Made by a program: the position numbers and the translations under genes. Under the pieces are notes generated by a model. That model did no database searches. It was not told where the DNA came from and was given only the letters and a program-made list of their open reading frames with translations. From assembly GCA_964188305.1 (NCBI GenBank), contig OZ076890.1: 64,000 nt of DNA; one strand, written 5' to 3'. Position 1 is the first letter of the stretch. Each line of letters opens with the position of its first letter. This document shows positions 62,963 to 64,000 of the stretch, piece after piece. This stretch comes from Podarcis bocagei. Taxonomy: Eukaryota.

Positions 62963-64000
62963 TAGATGCAGCATTCAGCATCTTGAGAATCTCAGCTTTC
63001 ATATTTCAGAAAGGGTATTTCTAGTCCTTATTGTCATGAGAACAGGCTTAAAAGTAGGGATGTACTCTCCCATGTGTTCACCTATAATAAGTCTGACTGC
63101 TCCATTTCCCATCATTGAGAGGTATAGACCAGGTAAACGTGTAGAGATCAGTCTTCCGGCATCCTTACTTGAAAGTACATGGGCTGTGCATGGTAAAACC
63201 TAAAAAGGCAAAGCCTTGGATGTTTCTTCTGATCATGGAGTTCAGACTCCACGTCCTACAGTTCCCCACTGAGTAACAGAAGCAGAATTATCCATTTGCA
63301 GAAGGCTAAAATTCCATGCATGTAAGGTTTATTGAATACAATGGAATTTACTTCTTAGGAGACGCACACAGAATTGCAATGTAATTTGCTTAATTTACAC
63401 TGGTTCCAGACTTTGGGCTTTGGGGGCGCAGAAGTTGGCTAACATAGAATTTGTATTTTGCTGACTGTTGATAGCCTCATATGGAAAGTGTGTGGTGCCA
63501 TATTTCTAAAGGCACTGCTTGACATGCTGATCTAAAAGCCCTGTCTCTTCATTCAGAATCATTAAAGGAATGCCAAGTTCAGCCCAATTGCAGCAGGCTC
63601 GGTCCCTAACCTATGTGCAGTCACTGAAAACTGAGCAGAGTCCCCATGCTTATTTGCCACTCTGGTGCAATACCACCCCATCCCACAAATATTCATGGAA
63701 TTGAATGACTGGATAGGGCTAAATTCTGTGTGTTTCCTGAAAGAGTAAATAAGAAAAAGTAAGATGGAACCAAGGGAGACATGGCAATGGCAGACATACC
63801 TTTTTAATTGCAGGCCTACCACAGTCACCTGTAAAATGGTGAGAGGATGCTGAGCTCTCCCCCTCTATGGTTTTCTTCTCTGTAGTTTGTCACATGGTGT
63901 AGTTTCTCCCAGCTGGATTCAGTACTGAATATGGTACTGGAGCCCAGTTGCTGTTGGTGGTGGGTCCTCTCAGATTGTGGGGGAGAACTGATCAATCCTC

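Overview
This is eukaryotic, not prokaryotic, DNA. It is AT-rich, CpG-depleted vertebrate sequence whose repeats (Sauria SINE, Squam2/POM-like and Squam3-like SINEs, BovB/RTE LINE, CR1 and L2 tails) point to a squamate reptile, most likely a lacertid lizard. The taxon is inferred from remembered repeat consensus sequences, not from a search. I recognise no host protein-coding exon, so the window reads as a large intron or intergenic block, with a 136-bp assembly gap. The only protein-like ORF I can identify is a 5'-truncated BovB reverse-transcriptase fragment (15719-16561, minus strand, 9-bp TSD, one nonsense codon). The rest is non-autonomous DNA transposons (Tc1/mariner-pogo type with TA TSDs, hAT type with 8-bp TSDs, Harbinger-like), a clean solo LTR, LTR-like elements, microsatellites and repeat-poor blocks that may be enhancers. 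The most unusual structure is a rearranged SINE at 35142-35322 arranged as tRNA-derived Pol III promoter, 29-bp hairpin, T5 terminator. No new biological system can be demonstrated from sequence alone. Family names need Dfam/Repbase confirmation, and boundaries of old degenerate repeats are approximate.
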